Positions 1-12,100 of a DNA stretch of 44,581 nucleotides are shown here, one piece after another (positions within the stretch are counted from its first letter, which is position 1; each line of letters starts with the position of its first letter). The notes beneath the pieces were generated by a model. The model made no database searches, had not been told where the DNA came from, and worked only from the letters and a program-made list of their open reading frames with translations. The DNA comes from Reclinomonas americana ATCC 50394 (Eukaryota). The translations under genes were made by a program, and so were the position numbers. The stretch is taken from the NCBI GenBank assembly GCA_048213135.1, contig PS015238.1:2072-46652 (forward strand), in the 5' to 3' direction.

Positions 1-62
1 AGCGACACGTACATGTGCACTCGTTGCTCTTATCGCTGGCATTTCTCTCATGTAACTCGCAG

Positions 63-2261
63 GATCTGCAACGCTCACTGGGCATCCTGGTGGCGCTGGT
101 GCTGTTGGACTTTGAGGATGCCACCGAGTTGTATCACACACGCGAGAATGTGCGCATAATGTTGCGGCCTGTGACGGCTCAGAACGAAGGCGAAATCCGC
201 TTCCGTGTCATGAGCTACTGGATGAGGAGACTGCGAAAACTAGAGCAGTTCCACGTGCTGGGCGAGGGCAATCTGGAGGGCTCTGTGCTCGACGCATACG
301 CCGCCGACGAGTTGCACTATCAGGTAAGGCGCGCCGTCATTCAGCCGCGGCATTCGGTCCACTCATCCTGCACCTCTCCCGCAGACTCTGGTGGCCTACT
401 TGCGCGACGATAAGACGCCGGAGGGTCGCGACCTGGCGGCGTCTGCGGCCTCTGCCTTCTACACCTTGCAACTCCAGGTGCCGGCAAAGGATCTGGAAAT
501 CATTCTCGGCCGCGCGCTGGAGGTGAGCAATGCAAAGAGAGATGTGAGAGCGCGACTCGGTGACCAATGATTATCGTCGCAGATTCTGAAGGACTCGCGT
601 GCCGCCGATTCGCACCAGTATGCCAACACCATCAAGTGCTTGGGCTGGCTGTACACGTACAATCAGGAGTGGGAGCTGGCAGTGGCATTCTTGGTGCGTC
701 TCCTGGTGTTGTTGCCTATCTCTTCCCGTGGTGCTCACAATGCTATGGCACAGGAGCGAGCGGTCGACATGTTGGCACGTTTGGTCACCGCCGACACGGC
801 GGCCTCGAGCAAATCTGCGCCATCAAGCACCACACCGTCACCAACACGTGCGTCGAGCGCGTATGTGTGTGTGTGTGTACTCGTGTGGGAAGGAAGAAAT
901 GGTCTCACACACGCACACGCCGCCACAGACACGTCCACCACAGACGAAGGCACGGCAGGTGAAAAGGTCGATGGCGTCACGGCGGGAGCGAACGGAAGCA
1001 GCGCAGATGAGGTTCTGGTCACCAAGGCCATGCGACCTCGACTGATCGATCTGTGCATCGCCAAGTGCCACCTGGCCTACGTGCTGGCCGAGTTCAAGAA
1101 GGATTTCGATCGCGCAGAGTGGGAGGCCAACTCGGCGATGCAAGTGGTGGAGTCAGTAATCACAGCCGAACATCCGTTGTATGCCATGGTCCGAGCGACA
1201 ATGGGTTGCATCATTTGGCGCAAGGTGCGATAACCGCAACACATGTCTTGTTTCTATGTGTGTGTTTGTGTGTGTTGCTTGCTCACGCACAGCGATGGCG
1301 GAACAGGTCCAAACGCACGGAGAGACCGACCAGTTGGTGGCCCGGGGTCGCGAGGCATTTACGCAGGCGATTCACTGCCGTGAGGTGGCGATTGGCCAGT
1401 GGGACCCAGAAGTCGCGTTCTACAAGAGCAACTTTGCTCTCTTCTTGAAGGAGGTCGGGTTCTTGGAGCAGGCCGAGTCGTTGCGTAAGCATGTCAGTTA
1501 TTATCTCTCTGGTGCTGCAGGCATCATCTCACCGTGCACGAGCAGAGTATTCCTCGACTCGCTGTCGGTGATGGAAAACGTGGTGGGATTGGAGAATCCG
1601 AATGGGTGCCGTGCGCTGGAGAATGTGGCCTACTTTTACCAACGCAAGGGCGACATTCCCATGATGATGACGTATTTGCGGCGCGCTCTCATCATGCATC
1701 GAAAGGTGTTTGGCCGCGACTTTTGGAAGAGCAAGGAACTGCGGTGAGTGAGACAGAAGAAGAAGTGGTGTGGTGTGTGAGTGCGAGGGGGGGGAAGCTG
1801 ACAANNNNNNNNNNNNNNNNNNNNTGTCACGAATGTTGCAGTGATGTGTTGTTCGCCTTGTTGCCGTCGAATCACTTGTTGACCGACGAATTCTGCGTGC
1901 GCGCTGGAGAGCTGATGAAGTTCCGCGGCACATTCAAGAGCTGGAAGCCACGCTACCTGCTGTTGGATGGCCTGCTCAACGTTTTTGTGCTGTACCGGTC
2001 AAAAGAAAAGGTTTCGGCATTGCTTCTTGTTTGTTTTTTCCGCCAGTGGCTGACCCAGTTGGTCAGACGGAGTTGCCCAAGTACATTATCCGCCTGGAGA
2101 ACGTGCAGGGAGTGCAATCGGTGGACACGCACAAGCGGCCACACTGCTTCCAGATCAAGGTCAACGAGACGACACACATTTTTGCCGCCGCATCGCAGGA
2201 GGACAAGGAGCGGTGGTTGTTAGCCATTAACGAGCTGCTCTACGGCCTCGGCCATCAGTAA
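63..2261 (+). CDS. TPR-like repeat protein with C-terminal PH domain (multi-exon; 5' end lies outside the window)
   Basis: Helical TPR-like exons (YKSNFALFLKEVGFLEQAESL; ALENVAYFYQRKGDIPMMMTYLRRALIMHRKVFG). PH domain split by an intron: VRAGELMKFRGTFKSWKPRYLLL...HCFQIKVNETTHIFAAASQEDKERWLLAINE, stop at 2259-2261. Confidence 0.75.
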
Positions 2262-3125
2262 GCAGTAGTACTAGTCTTGTTTTTGTTTGTCGTCGCGTCA
2301 TTGGGGGGAAAATTTAAGGAGGTGCAGTGAAGAAAAAACTACCCTCGTACACAGATAACGCAGGGAAAAGNNNNNNNNNNNNNNNNNNNNNNNNNNNNNN
2401 NNNNNNNNNNNNNNNNNNNNNNNNNNNNNNNNNNNNNNNNNNNNNNNNNNNNNNNNNNNNNNNNNNNNNNNNNNNNNNNNNNNNNNNNNNNNNNNNNNNN
2501 NNNNNNNNNNNNNNNNNNNNNNNNNNNNNNNNNNNNNNNNNNNNNNNNNNNNNNNNNNNNNNNNNNNNNNNNNNNNNNNNNNNNNNNNNNNNNNNNNNNN
2601 NNNNNNNNNNNNNNNNNNNNNNNNNNNNNNNNNNNNNNNNNNNNNNNNNNNNNNNNNNNNNNNNNNNNNNNNNNNNNNNNNNNNNNNNNNNNNNNNNNNN
2701 NNNNNNNNNNNNNNNNNNNNNNNNNNNNNNNNNNNNNNNNNNNNNNNNNNNNNNNNNNNNNNNNNNNNNNNNNNNNNNNNNNNNNNNNNNNNNNNNNNNN
2801 NNNNNNNNNNNNNNNNNNNNNNNNNNNNNNNNNNNNNNNNNNNNNNNNNNNNNNNNNNNNNNNNNNNNNNNNNNNNNNNNNNNNNNNNNNNNNNNNNNNN
2901 NNNNNNNNNNNNNNNNNNNNNNNNNNNNNNNNNNNNNNNNNNNNNNNNNNNNNNNNNNNNNNNNNNNNNNNNNNNNNNNNNNNNNNNNNNNNNNNNNNNN
3001 NNNNNNNNNNNNNNNNNNNNNNNNNNNNNNNNNNNNNNNNNNNNNNNNNNNNNNNNNNNNNNNNNNNNNNNNNNNNNNNNNNNNNNNNNNNNNNNNNNNN
3101 NNNNNNNNNNNNNNNGTGGGTGCGA

Positions 3126-3127
<2 letters not shown>

Positions 3128-3174
<47 letters not shown>
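3128..3174. repeat. (CT)n microsatellite next to an assembly gap
   Basis: Uninterrupted CT dinucleotide run. Shorter (CT)n/(CA)n runs occur in many introns of the window. Confidence 0.9.
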
Positions 3175-3176
<2 letters not shown>

Positions 3177-3221
3177 CCACCACGTGTTGTGTTCGGAAAT
3201 CATCACTCACCTGATGTGCAG

Positions 3222-4244
3222 CCACTCGTCTCACCGGCGCTCTCTGCTTCTTCGTGTGGATGTCGGGATTCGCACTGTACACGTTGGACGAGTGGATCAT
3301 TCATCGCGTTCTGTTCCACATGGTGGCGCTCGTTGCGTTTTCGCCCACCACATCTGTCATGCATCCTCGTCGCTGTGACAACTGACGGACGTGCGCACGC
3401 GTGCAGAAAGCCAAGTGGCCCGACCGCATCTACTACATTGTGCACGGGCGGCATCACAAGAAGCCGGACGAGTACGATCGCGTCGTGCTGCCGGTGGCAC
3501 ACCAGTGGGTGCTGGTGTTCATCATGACCACGTTCTTCCACAGTGCGTTCTCACTGCATGAGATGCGATGCGGATCACTGGTGAGGCTGACATGCGTGTC
3601 GACGTGCAGTTGCCTTGATCTTGCCGCTCGGTGGTGTCTTTACGCACACGTGCGCTCTCGGCTCTGGCATGATGGCCGGCTACCTCTTGTACGAGATTGT
3701 GCATCTGTACTCGCACCAGCATCCGCTGATCATGGCGGTGCCATTCTTCCGCTTCCTCGAATCGTCGCGTGATTACCACGGCTTCCACCACCACGGCGAC
3801 TCGTCCAAGGCGTACGGCTTTTGTTGCGTACTTGTGCTATTCACGGTGGCGTGTTCTTTCTCACTCATTCGATGCAACGAATAGGCTCGCCGGTGTGGGA
3901 CTGGGTGTTTGGCACCATTCCGAATGTGCGTGGCCTCTTCCAAGTCATGATAGTCACACGCGACACGCAACTCACTCTCTCTCTCTCTCTCTGTTGCTGC
4001 AGGACCCGCATCTCAATCCGTTCTCCCTGTCGGCCATGAACACAATCCCCGGCTTCCTCGCCGCCCTGCCGCTGCCCATTCCATTCTACCACTGGCTGAT
4101 GATGTCATGGGCCGATGTGCCGGCCACCAAGGTGCCACTGTCCACCAAGTTGCGTCTCTCCACTCCTCTTCACAGTCACCGTGTGTGCACCTGGCACTGA
4201 CTCTTTTTATCCCCTGCACCGAGCACAGATCGGTCACCGAGTGA
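3222..4244 (+). CDS. Fatty acid hydroxylase / sterol desaturase superfamily protein (FA2H/SCS7-like); N-terminus probably in the gap, 3' end uncertain
   Basis: Spliced His boxes: EWIIHRVLFH, VHGRHHKKPDEYDRVVLP, GYLLYEIVHLYSH, YHGFHHH, followed by AYGFCSPVWDWVFGT. Confidence 0.85.
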
Positions 4245-4598
4245 CCCAATTGTTCTGCANNNNNNNNNNNNNNNNNNNNGCACTCTTTCCCTCTCTCACT
4301 CTCTCATATACACACACCTTGATGCCCATGGGAGCTCTCTGCTGCAGAACACGAGTGTCGACAATCACGCGTCCTGCACAACTCGTCACGATTGTCGGAT
4401 GAACTTCATATCAGTTTCGTTTGCAGCTTCAGCTTCGTCTGCTGAGAGGCAGAGCATGCTGACTGAGTACGGCACTCGCTCTTTCTCTCTCCACCTTGCA
4501 CGTCTTGCCTTATGTCTGACGATCAGAGTGAAGCGCGTGGAGCCCATCGAGACACGACTCTCACTTAAGCGCCATACAATAATACAACAACGCGCGCC

Positions 4599-6065
4599 CT
4601 ACAGCACAGCGCAGCAGCCTCCACCACCCACACGACCGGGAGCGGGCCGAGGAGTTGGCATTCGCATGTCGGGATTCAAAAACGCCTGCTTAATAAGAGT
4701 GAGTCGACTAATTGCAATTGAAGCCGCAACAGACACGAGTGGCGACGCAACAAGCACGGCTGCATCGAACACGTCCTTGATGCCCACAAAGTCGAGCGCA
4801 CTGCACTCCACAAACGCCACCGCGCCGATTGCTCGCGCACACTGGTCGCCCTCGGCGGTTTGCACTTGCGGCGGCCTGGGACTGTCGGCCGTGTGTCGCA
4901 AATCGATCTTGGTGGCCACCAGCACCACCTTGGGCGTTGTCGTCCGTTGCTTCAACTCGGGCAACCACTGCGCGATGATGATGAGAAGGGGAGAGGCGAC
5001 GATGATGCGCATAGCAAAACATGCATACCACGTCGGTGATATTGGCAAACGAGGCTCGGTTGTCGACACTGTAGCACAAGACGAACACATCGGCCTCCTC
5101 GTACGCCACTCGCCGCAGTCGAGCTGGTGCGAACAGTGTGTGCGTGAGAGCGAGAGACAAGGAGCGAAATAGGTCCACAAGCGCACACACCGAAATCCTC
5201 TTGCCCTGTGTATGTATGTGTGTGCGCACGCAGCGAGTAAGCAACCACGCAAGCCACTGGTGAGCAGAGAAGACAGAGACAAGGAGGGAAAGCACACTCA
5301 CCGCCCGTGTCATGCAACACAATATCCAAACTATCGGCTGCAGATGTTGGTGCGCTGCGCTCCCACCATCAGTGAGAGAGAGAGAGAGAGTGAGAGAGAA
5401 GCGGGCAGAGAGAGACGCGAGCACACCTCGGCTGCTCGCCCTCTTTCCACGCAGTCATTGGAGGAACTTGCACCGAAGGAGTCCTGATGATAATCATCAT
5501 CGCCGTGAGTGAACATAACGACATAACAACAGCCGTGTGTTGCATGCGCGCAACGTTGCCTCCAGCTCTGTTCTGTTAAGAGGGACGTTGACCGTGTACA
5601 CTGTGTGTGTGGAAGCGCACGTGTGTGTGAGAGAAAGAGATTGCATGCGTGATGATGACAACAATCCAACCACTGCAGCACAGGCGGGAAGTCAGTCATC
5701 TCATCACATGCACACTCACTCTCTCACTCAGACACACTGTGTCGCACGCAACTCGAGCACTGTGGGAGCAAAGGCACGACCGGCGTCGGTGAACTCCTCC
5801 GTTAGGCGACCGCGCAAGTATGACAGCAAGAGACACGTTTTGCCTGCGAGAGCACACGCTGTGTGTGTGAGTTGCCTCTGTCACATGCGCTCTTGGTGAG
5901 CACAGACACAGACCAACAGAGCCATCGCCGACAACAACGCCTGTGAGGAGAGCAGTGTGAGTGAGTGGTGCCCTCTCTGTGCTCTCTCTCTCTCTCTGTC
6001 TCCCTCGTTGTCACCACGCAACAGTTGAATGAGGGCGGAGGCTGAGCAGCAGCTGTTTCTGCCAT
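4599..6065 (-). CDS. Divergent Rho/Rac-family small GTPase
   Basis: Spliced motifs CVVVGDGSVGKTCLL, PTVL, LHDTGGQEDF, ADVFVLCYSVDNRASF, VLVATKIDLR, FVECSAL, and C-terminal CAAX box CCAVL*. Confidence 0.9.
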
Positions 6066-6161
6066 GTTCCGCTCCAAAACAACAGACGGAGGAAGAGTGC
6101 TGGAAGGACGGCGGACACTTTTTGTATGTGTGGTTTGCATTAAAAAGGAAAATCGTCACTC

Positions 6162-9100
6162 TCATGGTCTCTGCCAGGAGGACGGTGTCGGTGCGGAGCC
6201 GACGGAGGCGGTGCCGGAGAGCTGATGAAAGGCGAGTGCCGAAGCGGAGGTGCCGGCGCCGGACGACGTTGTGCTGCTGCACACGGGCGGGTTGAAGACG
6301 GCGACTGGAATACCGTGCTGGAGGTGTAGTGCGCGGACGCAGAACATGAGGAAGCGGTAGACGTTGAAGACGCCGCTGGAGTGGTTCGGCACGGAGGGTG
6401 ATGCAGTGCCTGCTGTTGCTGCTGCCGCTGCTGCTGCGGCTGCTGAGGAGGCGCTGCCAGCTGACGAGTGTGAGGATGAGCCGGTTGACGAAGCAGATCC
6501 ACTGGACATTCCGGTCGGCGCGGCACCGGACTCGCCCGTCAATTGCCCCTTCCGCGAGTACCACTCCTGTGCGCGCATGAGGAACTTAACAGCGTCCTTG
6601 GTCTTGCGCTCGGGCACAAAGAGCAGCGTGCAGTCGGGTCGGTAGCTGTGTGTGTGCACGCAGGCGGAGCAGTCAGCGAGACTGTCTGTCTTCATGCGAC
6701 ACACATGTAAGACACAAACCTCAGCAGCGTGATCAACACCTCGGAGACGTCGATCAGATCGGCCCAGGTGAAGAGGAACACGGGCAGGTTGAAGGATTCG
6801 GTGTTCGAGTCGATTTGCGTGATGACGTCGAGTGGCGACACCTGCAGCTGCCCCACGTCGAGGAAGCGCACGTACTTGTACTTGCGCCGGTAAGACGAGT
6901 CGCTCTTGCCGAGTCGGATCAGCGGCGTGTGGAATGGCGAGTTCGACGAGGCGTCGGTAATGGCGTCGGGCACCTCGTTGCGCAGATGCATGGCATGGAA
7001 GTACAGCTCAGCAATGTCGGCCTTGCGCTGTCGCTCCTGGGCCGCGAACGCCTTGGCATCGGTCACCGACGAGGCGTAGCACGCAAAGTACTTGGGCACG
7101 AGCCAGTTGCCGGACCGCTCCGTTGTCTGTGCCAACGAGTGAGTGAATAAAAAAAGAGTCCACAGCTCATCTCTCCACAGACCTCAGACAGGTGGCGAGC
7201 CAGCAGACTCTCCAGCGTAAACGAACGCGCCAGCAGCGCCTGGAACATGAGCTCCCACGGGAACAGACGCAGCGAGTGGTTCGTCAGCAGGTACAGCGGC
7301 GCTGGTGGCACTCGCGTTGTGTGCAGATCGGGGAACTTTGGCGCATCACTGGTGAAAATGCGCGCCAACAGACCACGCGACTGCGGTGCCTGTGGCGACT
7401 CGCTCGTCACGTCGGCCAGCGCGCACGGCATGCCTTGCGCCTGCATGCCGACATACGCAAATGGACCCGTAAACACCGTGTCGCGCAACACCTCCGCGAA
7501 GCGAACGGCATCCTCCACAGCCGAAGTACCCGCCGCCTTCTTCTCCACACGACCCTGACTGACGAGTGCTCCGAGGAACTCTTGCACCTCACTGTCGAGC
7601 GTGGTCGCCGCTCCGGCCACCAGCGTGTCACCAATCACGTCCGATCCGGTGAGACGCAGTGCCGAGGAGCGACGCATCGATGCGGCGGTCTCGCCACCAA
7701 TCGACGTGGACGAAGATCGCTGACGTCCACTAAACGGATGCACCGAGGTGAAGCCAGTTCCGGGAAGGTAGAACACCACCACGTCGTACAGCTGGATGGC
7801 ATACACCAACTTGCCGAGGAGCCGCGGAGGCGTCCGTGTCACCGGGAACGGACTGGTGGCACTGCTGGCGGCACCTAGTGAGGGCACAGCCAAGCCGCCA
7901 CTCTTGCCGTGGAAGAGGCCTCCGAACTCGGGATCGGCCGACGGTGGTCGACCAGCAGCAGAGGCACCACTCACTGGAGCTGCGGTCGAGCAGGGGCCGA
8001 ATGAGCACAATCGACAAGAGAGCAAAAGGAGGGGAAAAACTGAGTGCCCTCTCTCTCTCCGACTCACCAATGGGGCTGAAGAGGCCACGCACTCCACCGT
8101 CGAACACCGACGATCCTTGCAAGTTGGGCGCACTGGTCATGCTGGGCAGGTGACCACCCAAGCCACCGCCACCGCCACCACCACCGACGCCACCGACGCC
8201 AACGCCAACACCACCACCACCCGACGCAGTGGTGAACGACGCCGCGCGAATGTACTCCATCAAGTTCACCAATCGCCTCGCAATTCTCCGATTCTGCTGC
8301 TGGAACTCCACCTGCACACAAACCCCGAGTGTATTGTGTGAGAAAGAAAAATGGAGGGGAAAGTGCGCTCTTCTCACTCACATCCGACAGTTGACCACGC
8401 GAGTACGACCGCGAAATGAGACGCAGGCGGTAGAAGAGATTCCAGCCGCGCTCGGCGTAGCGTTCCATGTCGAGCGTCAGGTTGAGGGCGTTGGCTTGCA
8501 GTTTCTGCAAGGGACCACCAGTCAGTTATCAGGTGACAGATGCTGGCAGGGGGAGGAGAGACATTGGCTGACCTGCGAGGCCGTGGAGCGCACAGTCTGC
8601 GAGCCAATCATGGAGAACCAAGTGCACATGCGACTTCTCCTCCGCGAACTCTTCCAGCTGCCCGATCCCGACGAACTGCCACTTGAGCTGCCCACGGATC
8701 CATACCGGCGACCATTTGTGGTTCTGTGACACAGCCAGTCAGCGGCGCAACACACACACACACACACAGCAGGGAGAGGGACACGAGAACAACGCAACAG
8801 GCTGCCAACACGCCTTGTCCGCGTCCCCGACGACGAGTCCAGCGGAGTGCCGTGGAAAGTGGAAAAGTAGTTGCGCTGTGGTGTGGAGGTGGCCGTGTTC
8901 TTGGCACGACTGCGACGTGCCTCCAGTGCCTGTTTCCGTCTTTCGTGACTGCGCGTCGTGTATCCCGACATGATGCCGGCACCGCCAGACGCAGAACCAC
9001 CAGGGGCTGCCGCGGTGGTGGTCGACGACGACGACGAAGAGCTGTCGCTGCCACTCACAGTGTCGCGAACGGCAGAGAAACTCGGTCGTGGTCTCCGTCT

Positions 9101-12100
9101 GCACATCACACAAGTGAGCGGTAGGTCGGCGGCGAAGACGGCGGACACAAGTATTCGCGCAACTCGTCAGAGGTCATCACAGGTACTGCGCCATCTTCCG
9201 GTGACTCCTCCACAGGTCGCTTCCTCGCCTGCGTACATCAATCAGCAACTCACGCCCTGCCGTGGCAACAAAAGCATTTGTGTGCATTACGCACCTCGTG
9301 CAGCTCCATCTCCAGCAAGAACAGCGCGTCGAAAATCATGAGATTCTCATTCACCACCTCCCTGTCGAAGCACACGAGTGCACGCGAGAGCCGCAGCAAA
9401 ATGTCGTAAATCTGCCACATTCACACACACGCAGAACGTCAGCGGCTGCGGGCAGCAAATACGTTGCGCATCGCTCCGCACCTTTTCTACAAACGGAGGC
9501 GGGGCACCGCGTGACAGCAACACGGACGTGCCATCCATGAAAAACGAAAACAGCTGATCTCGACATTCGCTCCAAAACGCGCGCGCAGAAGCTGCAGCGA
9601 TGCACATCAGCGGTGAGGAAGCGCATGCAGCAGGGAGAACTTTCAAATTCAAAAAAAAAACTCACCGGTGCGTTCTTGCAGAATGCGCAGCTCGGCCATC
9701 AGACAGTAACAGTGGAGACTCATGAAAATGTCACACGTCCGAGCCGCATACGTCATGGACACGGTGAGCAACCGATCAATGTCCGACATGTGCAGAACGC
9801 GCTCATCGTCACCGCCCTCTGCATGCACAACGATTGAGTTCACAACAACCGAGTGGACTCGTCCAAAAAAAACCGCACCGCAGTGAAGAAGCGCCACCTC
9901 GCCGTACGGTTGCCGCAAAAGTGCGACCGGCACAAACATGTGGTTGAGCATGGTGCGCGCCTGCGACAAGTAGCACTTGCTCACGCGTCGCTCATCAGCA
10001 ACAATGCGGTAGTAGTGTGCGGCAATCTCGAACGTGTCCAGCGCCAGTGCAACAATGCCACCCACACCGTTGTAGGTGTGGATGTTGTGTTCCAGGGCCA
10101 GCAGCGGCTGCGTCAGGTACTTTGGGAAATGTGAACAAAAGAGTCCACCAGTGATCTGCATGCCGCCGCCAAATCCTGCACGACCTCGGCCGAGTCAGAC
10201 ACACCACCGCATGACATCACACTGCACCGCGTCCACGCTGCTCACCCGTCATGCCAGCCATGGTCAACGTGGTGGGGAACTCGAGCAGATGCTGACGGTC
10301 AGCAATGGCCAACAAGATCTTGCCCTTCATGTACAAGTGCCGACCGAGGCCGCTCAGGTTCACGGGCGAGCACATGGAGAGCAGCACGTCAACCCACAGC
10401 AGCGCCTCGACAAAATAGCCCTGCGGCAAACAAAAAATCAATCAATCAACTGCGACTTGTTGCTCGCGTGGAGCAGACGTGTACACACCCCATGGTAACA
10501 ACACCGGCATGCCAACTCAACCACCGACAGGTCGGCGCGGACAAGACTGCACGCAGAATGTGAGACAGAAGACTCCATGGTGTGAACCGCTTTCCACGCA
10601 CCCTGCGTCACTACTTGATCGCTCTCCTGCAGCACGTCGCGGAACAGGCTCATCCAGCGACCGCGCCAACGTCGCCGTCAGACCCACGGCCTGCTGGAAC
10701 AGACGCTTCTTGAGGTACGCCTGCACATACACACACACAGTGGTGTGAGCAAACACGAAGTAAGACAGGACTACTCGCTTCTCCCCCCATCTGTACCTCG
10801 GCCAAGAGCATGAGAACACCGTGCGCCTTTCCACGTGGCAGATCGGCCTCCTTGAGATCCTCCAGCAGGTCGATCGCACGCTCAAAGTAGTACCCGTCGA
10901 GGAACAGACGCGCAAGCTTGACTTGCAAATGGAGGTAGTTGACGTCGATGCGGTACAAGTAGCCGGTCTCCATCTCGTCCAGCTCATCAATGGCACTCAT
11001 GATGAGCAACTCGGCACCGCGCAAGTCACCTCGCTCCAGCGCCATGTCCGCCAGAATCTCCGAAACGTACACAATCTGGCACAAGACATGGAAATGAGGG
11101 GTGGCGAAGTCGACAGCACTACTGCTTCGTGTATTTCACACACCTCGTTAATGTTGCGATCCTCGCGAGCCTTGCGCAGCACATTGGCGTAGTAATCGGT
11201 GGCTCGTTTCGCGTCGGAATGCTCTCGACATATCAACGCCAAGCGCCGTATCAACGTGTGGTCCGTGTGCCCGGGGTGCATCAGTGCATACAACTGCAGC
11301 GAGCTCTCAAAGCACGCAATCGCGTACATGTACTTGCCGTTCGCCAGCAGAATCTCCGCAAACTGATGAAGCGGAGAATACAGGTGAGGTGAGTAGCTGC
11401 AGTAGCAGCAGAAGCGACAGGACTGTGTGTGCTTCACTTACCTCAGCAAGCACTGCTGCTCCGAGATCAGACAACACGGCGGCAACACAGCGCACGTGTT
11501 GTGGCATGTGGTCGACCACAAAGACGGCCTCGAACAGCAGATTTTCTGCCATCATCACATTGCGCTCGTAGTTGCGCAAATGGAGTCCGAGAAGCCACGC
11601 CATCTTGGCCTTGACCTGCACCCACAAGCAGTTAGGTCATGCACAGGTCCCGTGGAATGTAGCAACGACCCACCTCGGTGAACGATGCAATCTTGCCGTA
11701 CAGCTCCCACATTGCTCGGAGACGAATAGTCGGATCTGTGGCATCCATCGCAAGATCAGCGCCACGAAACCCAACAGCGGAATAGTGAGGAGCAACGCTC
11801 GTGCGTACCAAACACAAACTGAGAAATGGAAGAGAACTGCTCGGTGACAATGCGGTGACAATGTCTCAGGCAATCGTCTGCGAAATCCGCCTCCGAGAAC
11901 TGCGCAAATGACAGCGACTACAACAGCACCAGGTGAGCTTCACAGCGCGGCATACAGCGCATGAAAAACACAGATGCGAACGCACCTCGTCGCGCCGCAG
12001 CGGCAACATCGTGAGTGGACTCTTGCCGGTCAAGTACAGATGCAGGACGCACAAGGCGTCGGCACACAGCTCCTCTTGCGGTGTGTTTTCCAGCAAACCG

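Noticed and set aside
2298-3300. Long ORFs made mostly of X (also at 25597-29777)
   Set aside because: Artefacts of N gaps in the assembly.
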